64,000 bases of DNA, from the NCBI GenBank assembly GCA_001587575.1, contig LNJC01000003.1, positions 2,937-66,936 on the forward strand, written 5' to 3'. The stretch is from Candidatus Methanofastidiosum methylothiophilum. GTDB lineage: Archaea; Methanobacteriota_B; Thermococci; Methanofastidiosales; Methanofastidiosaceae. The translations under genes were made by a program, and so were the position numbers. The notes beneath the pieces were generated by a model, which searched no databases, had not been told where the DNA came from, and worked only from the letters and a program-made list of their open reading frames with translations. Shown here one piece after another: positions 39,400 to 47,650 of this stretch. Positions within the stretch are counted from its first letter, which is position 1. Each line of letters opens with the position of its first letter.

Positions 39400-39888
39400 G
39401 TGTTAAATATAGAGCGATATAATGGGAAAAAAAATAAAACTTGGAAAGAAAAATTAGAAGATAATAAAGGTTTACCAAAAGTTGAACCTATAACAGATAA
39501 AATGTCTAAAAAATGGGGCGAAGGAACTGTTGTCGTCCCTGCTCCAATTGAAGTCAATGATATAATGAAAACTGTCCCAGAGGGAAAACTAACTACTATT
39601 GATAATATTCGAAAAAAGCTTGCGGAAAGACATCATGCTTCGATAGGATGCCCTTTAACTACAGGCATCTTTGCCTGGGTAAGTGCTCACGCTGCAAATG
39701 AAGCTGCACTGGAAGGAGAGACAGATATAACTCCTTACTGGAGAACCCTAAAAACTGGCGGCATAATCAATGAAAAGTATCCTGGAGGGATTAACTATCA
39801 AAAACAGCTTTTAGAAAGAGAGGGACATAAGATAATCCAAAAAGGAAAAAAATATGTTGTTCAAGACTATGAAAAAAATCTAATTTAA
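39400..39888 (+). CDS. MGMT DNA-binding-domain-like protein lacking the active-site Cys (alkyltransferase-like, Atl-type)
   Basis: GKLTTIDNIRKKLAERHH...ITPYWRTLKTGGIINEKYPGGINYQKQLLEREG follows the MGMT C-terminal domain pattern (G..TYG.iA....; PCHRV....G.l.GY.GG...K..LL..EG), but the Cys is replaced (PYWRT). Confidence 0.4.
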   Translation: MLNIERYNGKKNKTWKEKLEDNKGLPKVEPITDKMSKKWGEGTVVVPAPIEVNDIMKTVPEGKLTTIDNIRKKLAERHHASIGCPLTTGIFAWVSAHAANEAALEGETDITPYWRTLKTGGIINEKYPGGINYQKQLLEREGHKIIQKGKKYVVQDYEKNLI

Positions 39889-39919
39889 TATACTCTCTTT
39901 TTGTTTTGACATTTCTAGT

Positions 39920-39950
39920 AAAAAGCTTTTTAAAAATACAAAAATAGTAT
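39920..39950 (+). promoter_or_regulatory. putative TATA/BRE promoter of the porGDAB operon
   Basis: The elements gctttttaaaaatac and aaaatagtataatc lie about 20-45 nt upstream of the porG TTG start at 39967. Confidence 0.3.
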
Positions 39951-39966
39951 AATCTAGAGTGATTTT

Positions 39967-40509
39967 TTGATTGAGATAAGATTTCATGGAAGAGGTGGAC
40001 AAGGTGCAGTAGTTGCTTCAAATATCCTAGCTGATGCAGCATTTAAAGAAGGTAAATATGTTCAAGCTTTTCCTTATTTTGGAGTTGAGAGAAGAGGTGC
40101 ACCGGTAACTTCCTTTACAAGAATTGATAAAGATCCAATTAAAATAAAAAGTCAAGTTTACAAACCAAATTATATTGTTGTCCTAGATCCTACACTAATG
40201 AACGTGACAGATGTTACTTCTGGTTTAGATAAAGATGGCATAGTTTTAATAAATTCTGATAAATATCCTAAATATTACAATCTTTCTTTTAAGACGGCAA
40301 CTGTTGATGCAACGTCAATTGCAATTGAAAATAAATTAGGCTCAAGAATGGCTCCGATTGTTAATACTTCAATTCTTGGTGCATTTGCCAAGATATCAGG
40401 TGAAGTGATGTTAGAATCCATAGTACTAGCTATAAAAGAAAGTGCGCCTTCCAAAAAAGAAGAGAACATTAAAGCCGCAAAACAGGCTTATGAAAAAACA
40501 ATAATGTAA
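39967..40509 (+). CDS. porG: pyruvate (2-oxoacid):ferredoxin oxidoreductase gamma subunit
   Basis: The N-terminus [22 protein letters not shown] is the canonical PorG start. The start codon is TTG. Length is 180 aa. Confidence 0.8.
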
Positions 40510-40516
40510 TGATCCT

Positions 40517-40804
40517 ATGAAAAGATTAGAAAAACTAGTATCAATTAAAGATTTACCGGAGGCACCGGTGTCAAATGTTCCCTCTCTTAATCAAAAAACT
40601 GGGACTTGGAGGGTCTTTCGACCAATAGTGGATAAAGAAAAATGTATCAAGTGTAGTATCTGTTGGAGATGTTGCCCTGATATTTCTATTGAGATAGATA
40701 ATGAGGGATTTCCGATTATTAATTATGATTACTGCAAAGGTTGCGGTATATGCGCTCATGAATGCCCCAAAACAGCTATTAGCATGGATAGGGAGGGTAA
40801 ATAA
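40517..40804 (+). CDS. porD: 2-oxoacid:ferredoxin oxidoreductase delta subunit (2x[4Fe-4S] ferredoxin)
   Basis: It has two CxxCxxCxxxCP motifs (CIKCSICWRCCP, CKGCGICAHECP). Length is 95 aa. Confidence 0.8.
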   Translation: MKRLEKLVSIKDLPEAPVSNVPSLNQKTGTWRVFRPIVDKEKCIKCSICWRCCPDISIEIDNEGFPIINYDYCKGCGICAHECPKTAISMDREGK

Positions 40805-41979
40805 TGGTTAAGAAGATAATGACAGGCAATATTGCTGCAGCATGGGGGGCACGACTATCTAGGGCAGAAGTAATAGCCGCATATCCAATTACGCCACAGA
40901 CTATTATCGTTGAAAAGCTTGCGCAGTTTGTTTCAGATGGCGAACTTAAAGCAGAATACCTCCATGTAGAATCGGAACATTCAGCAATGGCTGCTTGTAT
41001 TGCAGCTTCTCAGACAGGAGCTAGAACCTTTACTGCAACATCTTCTCAAGGATTGGTCTTAATGCATGAACTTCTTCATTGGGCCTCTGGAGCAAGAGCT
41101 CCAATAGTCATGGCAAATGTCAATAGGGCCTTAGCACCACCTTGGAGCGTATGGGTTGAGCATACTGACATGATGTCTCAAAGAGACACTGGTTGGATTC
41201 AATTTTATGCAGAAAGCAATCAAGAGGTACTAGATACCACGATAATGTGCTATAAATTGTGTGAAGATAAAGATATACAGTTGCCTGCTATGATAGGACT
41301 TGATGCTTTTTATTTGTCACATACTTCCGAAATAGTGGATATTCCTGACCAAGAAAAAGTCGATAAATTTCTTCCAAAATTTGAGCCAGCATATCCCCTA
41401 GATGTTGAAAATCCTCTAAGTATAGGTTCTCTCTCAATGCCTCACCAATGGTATCCTGAATTTAGGTATAAGATTCAAGAAGCAATGGAAAGGGTAATTC
41501 CCAAATTGAATAAAATCGAAGAAGAATTTTATAAAGAATTTGGAAGAAAATATACTGGCCCTCTAGAACTTTATAATACTGAAGATGCGGAAGTTGTTTT
41601 AATTATTTCTGGTGCGGCCACTGGTACTGTTAAAGAAACTGTAGATATACTTAGAAAAAAAGGCATTAAGGTAGGAGTTATAAGACTAAGAATGTTTAGG
41701 CCTTTTCCTTCAGATTACTTGGTTAAAGCTTTATCAAAAATTTCTTTTATTGGAGTAATCGATAGATCTTTCTCATTTGGCCATGAAGGGGCGATTTACT
41801 CTGAGATAAAGGCGTCCCTATATGGTTTAAATGCCCCTCTAATAAAAAATTTTATTGTTGGAATGGGGGGACGAGATATTACAACAGATACAATTACTAA
41901 GATATATGAAAATTGTTTCAGTTGTTTAAAAAATAATAAAATCGATATCCCAGTTGAGTGGATAGACATTAAGGTGTAG
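40804..41979 (+). CDS. porA: 2-oxoacid:ferredoxin oxidoreductase alpha subunit
   Basis: The 391-aa protein begins MVKKIMTGNIAAAWGARLSRAEVIAAYPITPQT, typical of PorA. It is preceded by a GGAGGG Shine-Dalgarno sequence. Confidence 0.85.
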   Translation: MVKKIMTGNIAAAWGARLSRAEVIAAYPITPQTIIVEKLAQFVSDGELKAEYLHVESEHSAMAACIAASQTGARTFTATSSQGLVLMHELLHWASGARAPIVMANVNRALAPPWSVWVEHTDMMSQRDTGWIQFYAESNQEVLDTTIMCYKLCEDKDIQLPAMIGLDAFYLSHTSEIVDIPDQEKVDKFLPKFEPAYPLDVENPLSIGSLSMPHQWYPEFRYKIQEAMERVIPKLNKIEEEFYKEFGRKYTGPLELYNTEDAEVVLIISGAATGTVKETVDILRKKGIKVGVIRLRMFRPFPSDYLVKALSKISFIGVIDRSFSFGHEGAIYSEIKASLYGLNAPLIKNFIVGMGGRDITTDTITKIYENCFSCLKNNKIDIPVEWIDIKV

Positions 41980-41981
41980 TT

Positions 41982-42878
41982 ATGAAAAGAGCTGGCATAC
42001 CTACTGAAGAATTTATATATTCTGGCCATACAGCGTGCCCGGGTTGTGGTGCATTACTAGTCGCAAGATATCTCCTAAAAGTTTTAGGAAAGAACACTAT
42101 AATGAATATACCTGCGTGTTGCTTTGCGGCAATTCCTGGAACTTTCCCAGATACTTGTTTAGGTATACCTCTTTTGTACAATGCTTTTGAAACTACTGCA
42201 GCTACAGCTTCGGGTGTTGAAGCTGCTTTAAAGATAAAAGGTAAGAAGGAAAAAATTAATGTTGTGGGTTTTGCTGGGGATGGAGGTACAGCAGATATAG
42301 GAATCCAGGCTCTTTCTGGGGCCATAGAGAGAGGTCATGAAATTATCTATGTGTGTTATGATAATGAAGCTTACATGAATACTGGAATGCAAACATCAAG
42401 CCTAACTCCAAAAGGAGCTACAACTACTACGAATCCACTTGGTAAGAAAGGAGGATGGAGAACTAGGAATAAAAAAAATATGATGGATATAGTGGCTGCG
42501 CATGATATTCCCTATGCAGCTACAGTTAATCCTTCTTATCCAATGGATTTCGTTAAAAAAATAGAGAAAGCAAAGAATACTAAAGGTACTTCATATATCC
42601 ATGCATATTCTGTGTGCCCCACAGGTTGGAGATATCAGCCTGAGTTAGGTCTAGAACTTGGAAGACTTGCAACAGAAACTGGATTATTTCCTCTATATGA
42701 GTTTGAAAATGGGAGATATATCATCAATTATAAGAAAAAGACAAAAGAAGTTCTTGAATATTATAAATTACAAGGCAGATTCAGACATTTATCCGAAGAT
42801 TTCATTAAAGAAGTGCAAGAGTACATAGATAAAGAATGGCAAAAGCTATTAGTCAAAGAAGAGTGCAGTAATAGATGA
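41982..42878 (+). CDS. porB: 2-oxoacid:ferredoxin oxidoreductase beta subunit (TPP-binding)
   Basis: It has the TPP motif GDGGTADIG...YDNEAYMNTG, and CPGCG Fe-S ligands near the N-terminus. Length is 298 aa. Confidence 0.85.
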   Translation: MKRAGIPTEEFIYSGHTACPGCGALLVARYLLKVLGKNTIMNIPACCFAAIPGTFPDTCLGIPLLYNAFETTAATASGVEAALKIKGKKEKINVVGFAGDGGTADIGIQALSGAIERGHEIIYVCYDNEAYMNTGMQTSSLTPKGATTTTNPLGKKGGWRTRNKKNMMDIVAAHDIPYAATVNPSYPMDFVKKIEKAKNTKGTSYIHAYSVCPTGWRYQPELGLELGRLATETGLFPLYEFENGRYIINYKKKTKEVLEYYKLQGRFRHLSEDFIKEVQEYIDKEWQKLLVKEECSNR

Positions 42879-43230
42879 ATTCTCTTTTTAATAAAAATTA
42901 ATTAATTGGACAAATTTCCAGTAGAAATAAAGGGGTAATGGACATTAAATAACTAAAAATATAAAGATAGTATACATTTGAATAATTAATATTAATAAAC
43001 TATTTTTAAACTATATATTATAAAAAATAAATATAATCCAAAAATGGCTAATAATTTAAGTACTAGACTATTTTCTTGAAATCAGATAATCTCGCCTCTA
43101 TATTTTTAGTTTACTAGGGCATCTTTATCGATAATTTTTGAGTAAAAAAAACAAAATATATATAAGAACATTATTGCTAAGTATATAGGTGGTAATTATT
43201 TGCAGTGTTGGTGGAAGTTTTGATGTAGAT

Positions 43231-43347
43231 ATGGCTGAAGGTCCAGAAGGTTATGTGTGTACTGAATGCGGATCACAATTTAAAGGTATAGGAAAAGACC
43301 TAAAGTGTCCTAAATGCTCTTCAGACAAGGTTATTAAAATTGGATAA
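43231..43347 (+). CDS. 38-aa zinc-ribbon protein (CxxC-x16-CxxC), possibly RNA polymerase subunit Rpo12/RpoP; not in ORF track
   Basis: The ORF is ATG...TAA and encodes MAEGPEGYVCTECGSQFKGIGKDLKCPKCSSDKVIKIG. The pattern Y.C..CG......(x).CP.C.S..(I/V) resembles archaeal RpoP. Confidence 0.35.
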   Translation: MAEGPEGYVCTECGSQFKGIGKDLKCPKCSSDKVIKIG

Positions 43348-43825
43348 TAATAAATTTATTTCTTTAGGTGGTAGAGAGATAGCTTTTATATCTCACAATA
43401 ATTTCTTCTTAGGAGTAGTAAAAACTTTAGGTAAGTCATTCTTGCTAGAAACAGATTATGAAGAAATAGTTCTTGGAACTAGTAATAATGATATACTTGT
43501 AGCATCCTCCCTATTTAGAGATAATCAAATCAAGGCTATAATGATTTCTACTCTTTACTCCCTAAGAGAACTTTCTTTTCCACTAATAATATTAAAAAGG
43601 GGACACCCTGCTTCTAAAAGGCTAAGATTGTTATACGGATGCGGGGATAAAATAGTTCTAGACTCATGTATAGAAGCAGGAACTCACCCAGATCAGCATA
43701 TGCTTTGTTCAATAGAATATTTATCAGGTCTTTGCATATTGGGAAAGAAAGATGGCATAGAGCTAATTGATCCAAAGAATAGAAATCTCACAATTGAAAA
43801 GATGCCCTTTGAGTTAAAATTATAA
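43340..43825 (+). CDS. hypothetical protein
   Basis: The 161-aa ORF has only a TTG/ATA-type start available. No recognised family. Confidence 0.3.
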   Translation: MDNNKFISLGGREIAFISHNNFFLGVVKTLGKSFLLETDYEEIVLGTSNNDILVASSLFRDNQIKAIMISTLYSLRELSFPLIILKRGHPASKRLRLLYGCGDKIVLDSCIEAGTHPDQHMLCSIEYLSGLCILGKKDGIELIDPKNRNLTIEKMPFELKL

Positions 43826-43847
43826 AATAACTTACAATATAGAATAC

Positions 43848-44102
43848 ATGAAGATTCTTTATTTTGGGGATTTGAAAGATATAACTCTAAAAAGGGAAGA
43901 GATAATTGATTTAGAGGCAATTAGAATTAAAGAGTTAAAGAATCTTCTTTCAGATAAATACCCCCAATTAAGGGAATCTTTTTTAAAGAATGAAATAAGG
44001 ATTATCATAAATGGAAAGGACTATTCTTTTACAGGTGGAGATGAAACCTTAGTTGCAAAAGACTTCGAAATAGCTCTTTTTTCTCCAGTTGGAGGTGGAT
44101 GA
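43848..44102 (+). CDS. MoaD/ThiS-like ubiquitin-fold small protein ending in Gly-Gly
   Basis: The 84-aa protein MKILYFGDLKD... has the beta-grasp pattern, and its C-terminus is ...ALFSPVGGG-stop. The stop TGA overlaps the ATG of the downstream arcTGT (GGATGAATG). Confidence 0.5.
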   Translation: MKILYFGDLKDITLKREEIIDLEAIRIKELKNLLSDKYPQLRESFLKNEIRIIINGKDYSFTGGDETLVAKDFEIALFSPVGGG

Positions 44103-45857
44103 ATGTTTGAAATAAAGGCAAAAGATGGGCTAGGTAGGATAGGAAAACTATCGATAGGTAAAAAAAAAGTTGAAACTCCAACTTTAATGCCTGTAATAAA
44201 TCCAAACAAGATAGTTATTGCCCCAAAAGATATGATTGACTATGGGGCAGAAATGATAATTACTAATTCATATATTATTTATAGAACTCAGAAATTAAGA
44301 GAAGCTGCTCTTGAAAAAGGCGTCCATAAACTGCTTGATTTTAAAGGCATTATAGAAACTGACTCAGGTTCTTTTCAGATGGCGGCGTATGGGGATATAG
44401 AAATAGAAAATAAGGAAATACTTCAATTTCAAAAAGATATTGGAGTTGATATTGGAACATTTCTTGATATACCTACTCACCCTGATGAAACACATAACAA
44501 AGCTCTTTCGGATCTAGAAATTACATTAGAGCGAGCAACAGAAGCCATCGAATTTGATCTAAATTTAAATGGAACAATTCAAGGAGGAACTCACTTAGAT
44601 TTAAGAAAAAAATCTGCTGAAGCTATGACAGATTTACCATTTACTGTTAATCCCATAGGAGGTGTTGTTCCATTAATGATGGAGTATAGATTTAGCGAAC
44701 TGGTAGATATTATTCTTACCGTTAAAGGTAGCCTTTCTCCATCAAGGCCTGTTCATCTTTTTGGTGCTGGTCACCCAATGTTATTATCACTGTCAGTTCT
44801 ATTAGGATGTGACCTTTTTGATTCCGCCGCATATGTTCTATACGCCCAAGATTCAAGATATCTTACAGCTCTTGGCACAAAGAAACTAAATGAAATGAAA
44901 TATTTACCATGTAACTGTCCAGTCTGCAGAAAATATACCGCTCAAGAATTGATTAATCAAAATGATCAAAAGAGATTAGAATTACTTTCAAGTCACAATT
45001 TATATGCAACTTTTGAAGAAATCAAAACGATAAAGGAAGCGATTCATGAAGGAACTTTATTTGAACTAGTTGAAAGCCGAATTAGAGGCCACCCCAGATT
45101 ATTACTTGCATACAGAAGAATCAAAGATTACTACAATGTTCTTGAAGAATACGATCCCTTTACAAAAAGGTCATCTATATTCTATACTGGTGAGGAGTCA
45201 AATTTAAGGCCAATTGTCAAAAGAACTAAGGAAAGGATAATGGAAATAAAATCTAAAAAATATGACGACCATCTATTTTTTGGAAAGTTCCCAAAGGAAC
45301 TAGAATTTACTTATCCTTTTGGTCAGTGTGAAATGGAAGAGGAAAGAAAAAACAAAGGCGATCCTGAACTTAATGATGAGGATATCGTAAAATTAATTGC
45401 AGACTATCAATTTGGCCCTGGAGTCGGAGAAAAGTTATTCCATGACGTTGTTGTTAAGAGGTCAAAGACAGGCATGATACGTTATGTCTTTGATAAGAAT
45501 GGAAATATGCTCGCAACGTTAAGAGCAAGAGATGGCTTATTTACACCAAATATTGAGGGGCTAAAAAGACTAAGAGATATAATCCCCTATCCAAGATACA
45601 GGGTGATAGTGGACGATGAAGCTGTACCTTTCATAAAAGAAGGCGCTAATGTTTTCTCAAAATTTGTGTTGGATATTGATAATTCGCTTAGGGCTTACGA
45701 GGAAGTCCTTATTGTTGACTCAAAAGATTCTATTTTAGGAACTGGGACTTTAATGCTTTCTCCAAAAGAAGTTAAAGCTTTTGAAAGAGGAATGGCAGTT
45801 AGAACAAGATGGGGAATAGAAAAAAATACTACCCAAGAACCCCAGATAGAAGATTAG
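44103..45857 (+). CDS. tgtA: archaeosine tRNA-guanine transglycosylase (ArcTGT) with C-terminal PUA domain
   Basis: It has a TGT catalytic domain (DSGSFQ, LFGAGHP, zinc site CNCPVC...H) and C-terminal C1/C2/PUA domains. Length is 584 aa. Confidence 0.85.
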   Translation: MFEIKAKDGLGRIGKLSIGKKKVETPTLMPVINPNKIVIAPKDMIDYGAEMIITNSYIIYRTQKLREAALEKGVHKLLDFKGIIETDSGSFQMAAYGDIEIENKEILQFQKDIGVDIGTFLDIPTHPDETHNKALSDLEITLERATEAIEFDLNLNGTIQGGTHLDLRKKSAEAMTDLPFTVNPIGGVVPLMMEYRFSELVDIILTVKGSLSPSRPVHLFGAGHPMLLSLSVLLGCDLFDSAAYVLYAQDSRYLTALGTKKLNEMKYLPCNCPVCRKYTAQELINQNDQKRLELLSSHNLYATFEEIKTIKEAIHEGTLFELVESRIRGHPRLLLAYRRIKDYYNVLEEYDPFTKRSSIFYTGEESNLRPIVKRTKERIMEIKSKKYDDHLFFGKFPKELEFTYPFGQCEMEEERKNKGDPELNDEDIVKLIADYQFGPGVGEKLFHDVVVKRSKTGMIRYVFDKNGNMLATLRARDGLFTPNIEGLKRLRDIIPYPRYRVIVDDEAVPFIKEGANVFSKFVLDIDNSLRAYEEVLIVDSKDSILGTGTLMLSPKEVKAFERGMAVRTRWGIEKNTTQEPQIED

Positions 45858-46659
45858 AGCCAATAACAAATCTGAATGTCAAGTAGCCTATTGCAGTTAA
45901 GATTATGCTATGTTTAATTCCAGAAAATAAAGAGTTAGTTGTCATTTTCCCAATCATGAGCCCTGATAAAGCTCCGTGAATAATCAACATGTTCTGGAAT
46001 GTTGTCTTAAATGCTTCTTGATTAATACTTTCTTTAGCTGTTGGAAGTGTAATCCCTGAGAACACTTCTACAAATTGAGTCTGAAGTAAGAATACTACAG
46101 ACAAGAAAACTAGATAAGAAATATAGATAATACCGGTATATTGGCCAAGTTTAGAGGCCTGTTCTTTTTTAAGCCCCCTCATCATTCTAGCACTTTCGGC
46201 TGCAGACTCTAATATCTTGATGATATTCCCACCGGCGTGATGGGCTATAACGATAAGAGATACTGTTCCCTGAACATTTTCACTTTTTACTTTGTCTGCA
46301 AATGACGTCAAAACTTCATCAAAAGATACTCCCCAAGAAATCTTTGAGGCCATTATTTTTATTTCGTCTGTTAGTCTTCCGTAATCATCTTCCTGCGCCA
46401 TCTTTATGGCTTGGGGTAAAGTCATTCCAGCAGCCTGTGAATCTGCCAATGCTCTTAAAAACTCTGGAAACTGATCTTCTATTTCGTTAATCCATGTTTG
46501 TTCTCTCATTTTAATAAAAAGATATGGGCCTACTGCAACTGCTATTCCTGCAATGGCCAATTCACTCATATTCAAAACAAAAAATCCAATTAATCCTAAG
46601 ATTAATCCAGAGGCTATACTGCCAATCATTATGTACAAGTTATAATTTTTTTTTCTCAA
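45829..46659 (-). CDS. TadB-like type II secretion system F-domain membrane protein (archaeal pilus platform protein)
   Basis: The 276-aa protein has an N-terminal TM, a cytoplasmic helical domain and two C-terminal TMs, the T2SSF-domain topology. It is the last gene of the pilus-like operon. Confidence 0.55.
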   Translation of the reverse strand: MRKKNYNLYIMIGSIASGLILGLIGFFVLNMSELAIAGIAVAVGPYLFIKMREQTWINEIEDQFPEFLRALADSQAAGMTLPQAIKMAQEDDYGRLTDEIKIMASKISWGVSFDEVLTSFADKVKSENVQGTVSLIVIAHHAGGNIIKILESAAESARMMRGLKKEQASKLGQYTGIIYISYLVFLSVVFLLQTQFVEVFSGITLPTAKESINQEAFKTTFQNMLIIHGALSGLMIGKMTTNSLFSGIKHSIILTAIGYLTFRFVIGSNLLSGVLG

Positions 46660-46671
46660 ACTTACACCTTT

Positions 46672-47646
46672 TTACCTCTTGGGCGCTACCTGATCTACTG
46701 CTATGATGAATACAGCGTAGCCAACTGGCAGTCCGAAATATACAACTATATTATTAATCAAATTTACTTGTGACATTGGGGTTCCCATAATACCCATTAT
46801 TGTTGTCATGATTATAATAAATACTGGTCCAACAACTAAAGCAGTGACATAAGCTTCTGCAATTAAACCAATAGTTTCTATTGCAGCTTCAGTTTTCATT
46901 CTTTCAACTTCCATTAGCCTATTTCCTTCAATATACAAATACTCTTTTAGATTTCCCCCAGTCCTTATTGTAGCTATCATCTTCCATAAAAGTTCACTAA
47001 ATAATGGAGATGGAGATCTATTGGCCGCCCTCTGAAGTGCTTGAACTAAATCTAGGCCAAAGTTCTCAATATCATTTAATATTTTTTCAGACTCTCTTGA
47101 TACTTCACCATATCTCCTAAATTCTACTAGAGACCAAAAAATAACAGCTGGAGGCACTCCTGTTCCTGCTATTGTTGCCATAGTGTTAACGGCATTAGTC
47201 AATCCAAGATTAATTTTTCTAGATCTTTCACTAGCCTTAAAAGAAGGATAAATCCAGAATATCAAAAAAGTAGAAGATGCTGCTAATAATGAAATAATAA
47301 TGATTAACACTAAATCAAAAGTAATGTCTACAGATCTGCCAGGAGAAATAATTTCATTTACAAAATCTCCTAAAAAAAGGGGCACAGTAATTATAGAAAT
47401 AACTAAAGAAATCATCCCTACAATGATTGTAGTAAGAATCATTGCACTCACATAAGCTCCAAGATTTAGGGGGATGTCACCCTTTCTTAAAGGAACATGA
47501 AGTTCTTCAAAATTTTTTAGCCTTTTATCTACCAAAAAGCCAAATCTTTTATGGGCCATCTTCCCATAGTTCACAAAGAAGCCCCTTTTCTCGTATCTTT
47601 CGATTTCTTGGACTTCAAGGTCCTTTTCTTTTTTTCTGCCTAGCAT
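46672..47646 (-). CDS. TadC-like type II secretion system F-domain membrane protein
   Basis: The 324-aa protein has T2SSF topology, a central soluble domain and flanking TM helices. It lies immediately downstream of the secretion ATPase. Confidence 0.55.
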   Translation of the reverse strand: MLGRKKEKDLEVQEIERYEKRGFFVNYGKMAHKRFGFLVDKRLKNFEELHVPLRKGDIPLNLGAYVSAMILTTIIVGMISLVISIITVPLFLGDFVNEIISPGRSVDITFDLVLIIIISLLAASSTFLIFWIYPSFKASERSRKINLGLTNAVNTMATIAGTGVPPAVIFWSLVEFRRYGEVSRESEKILNDIENFGLDLVQALQRAANRSPSPLFSELLWKMIATIRTGGNLKEYLYIEGNRLMEVERMKTEAAIETIGLIAEAYVTALVVGPVFIIIMTTIMGIMGTPMSQVNLINNIVVYFGLPVGYAVFIIAVDQVAPKR

Positions 47647-47650
47647 AGGC

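Noticed and set aside
41969-42325. 118-aa minus-strand ORF
   Set aside because: It is antisense to porB, which has a clear TPP-binding beta-subunit identity.
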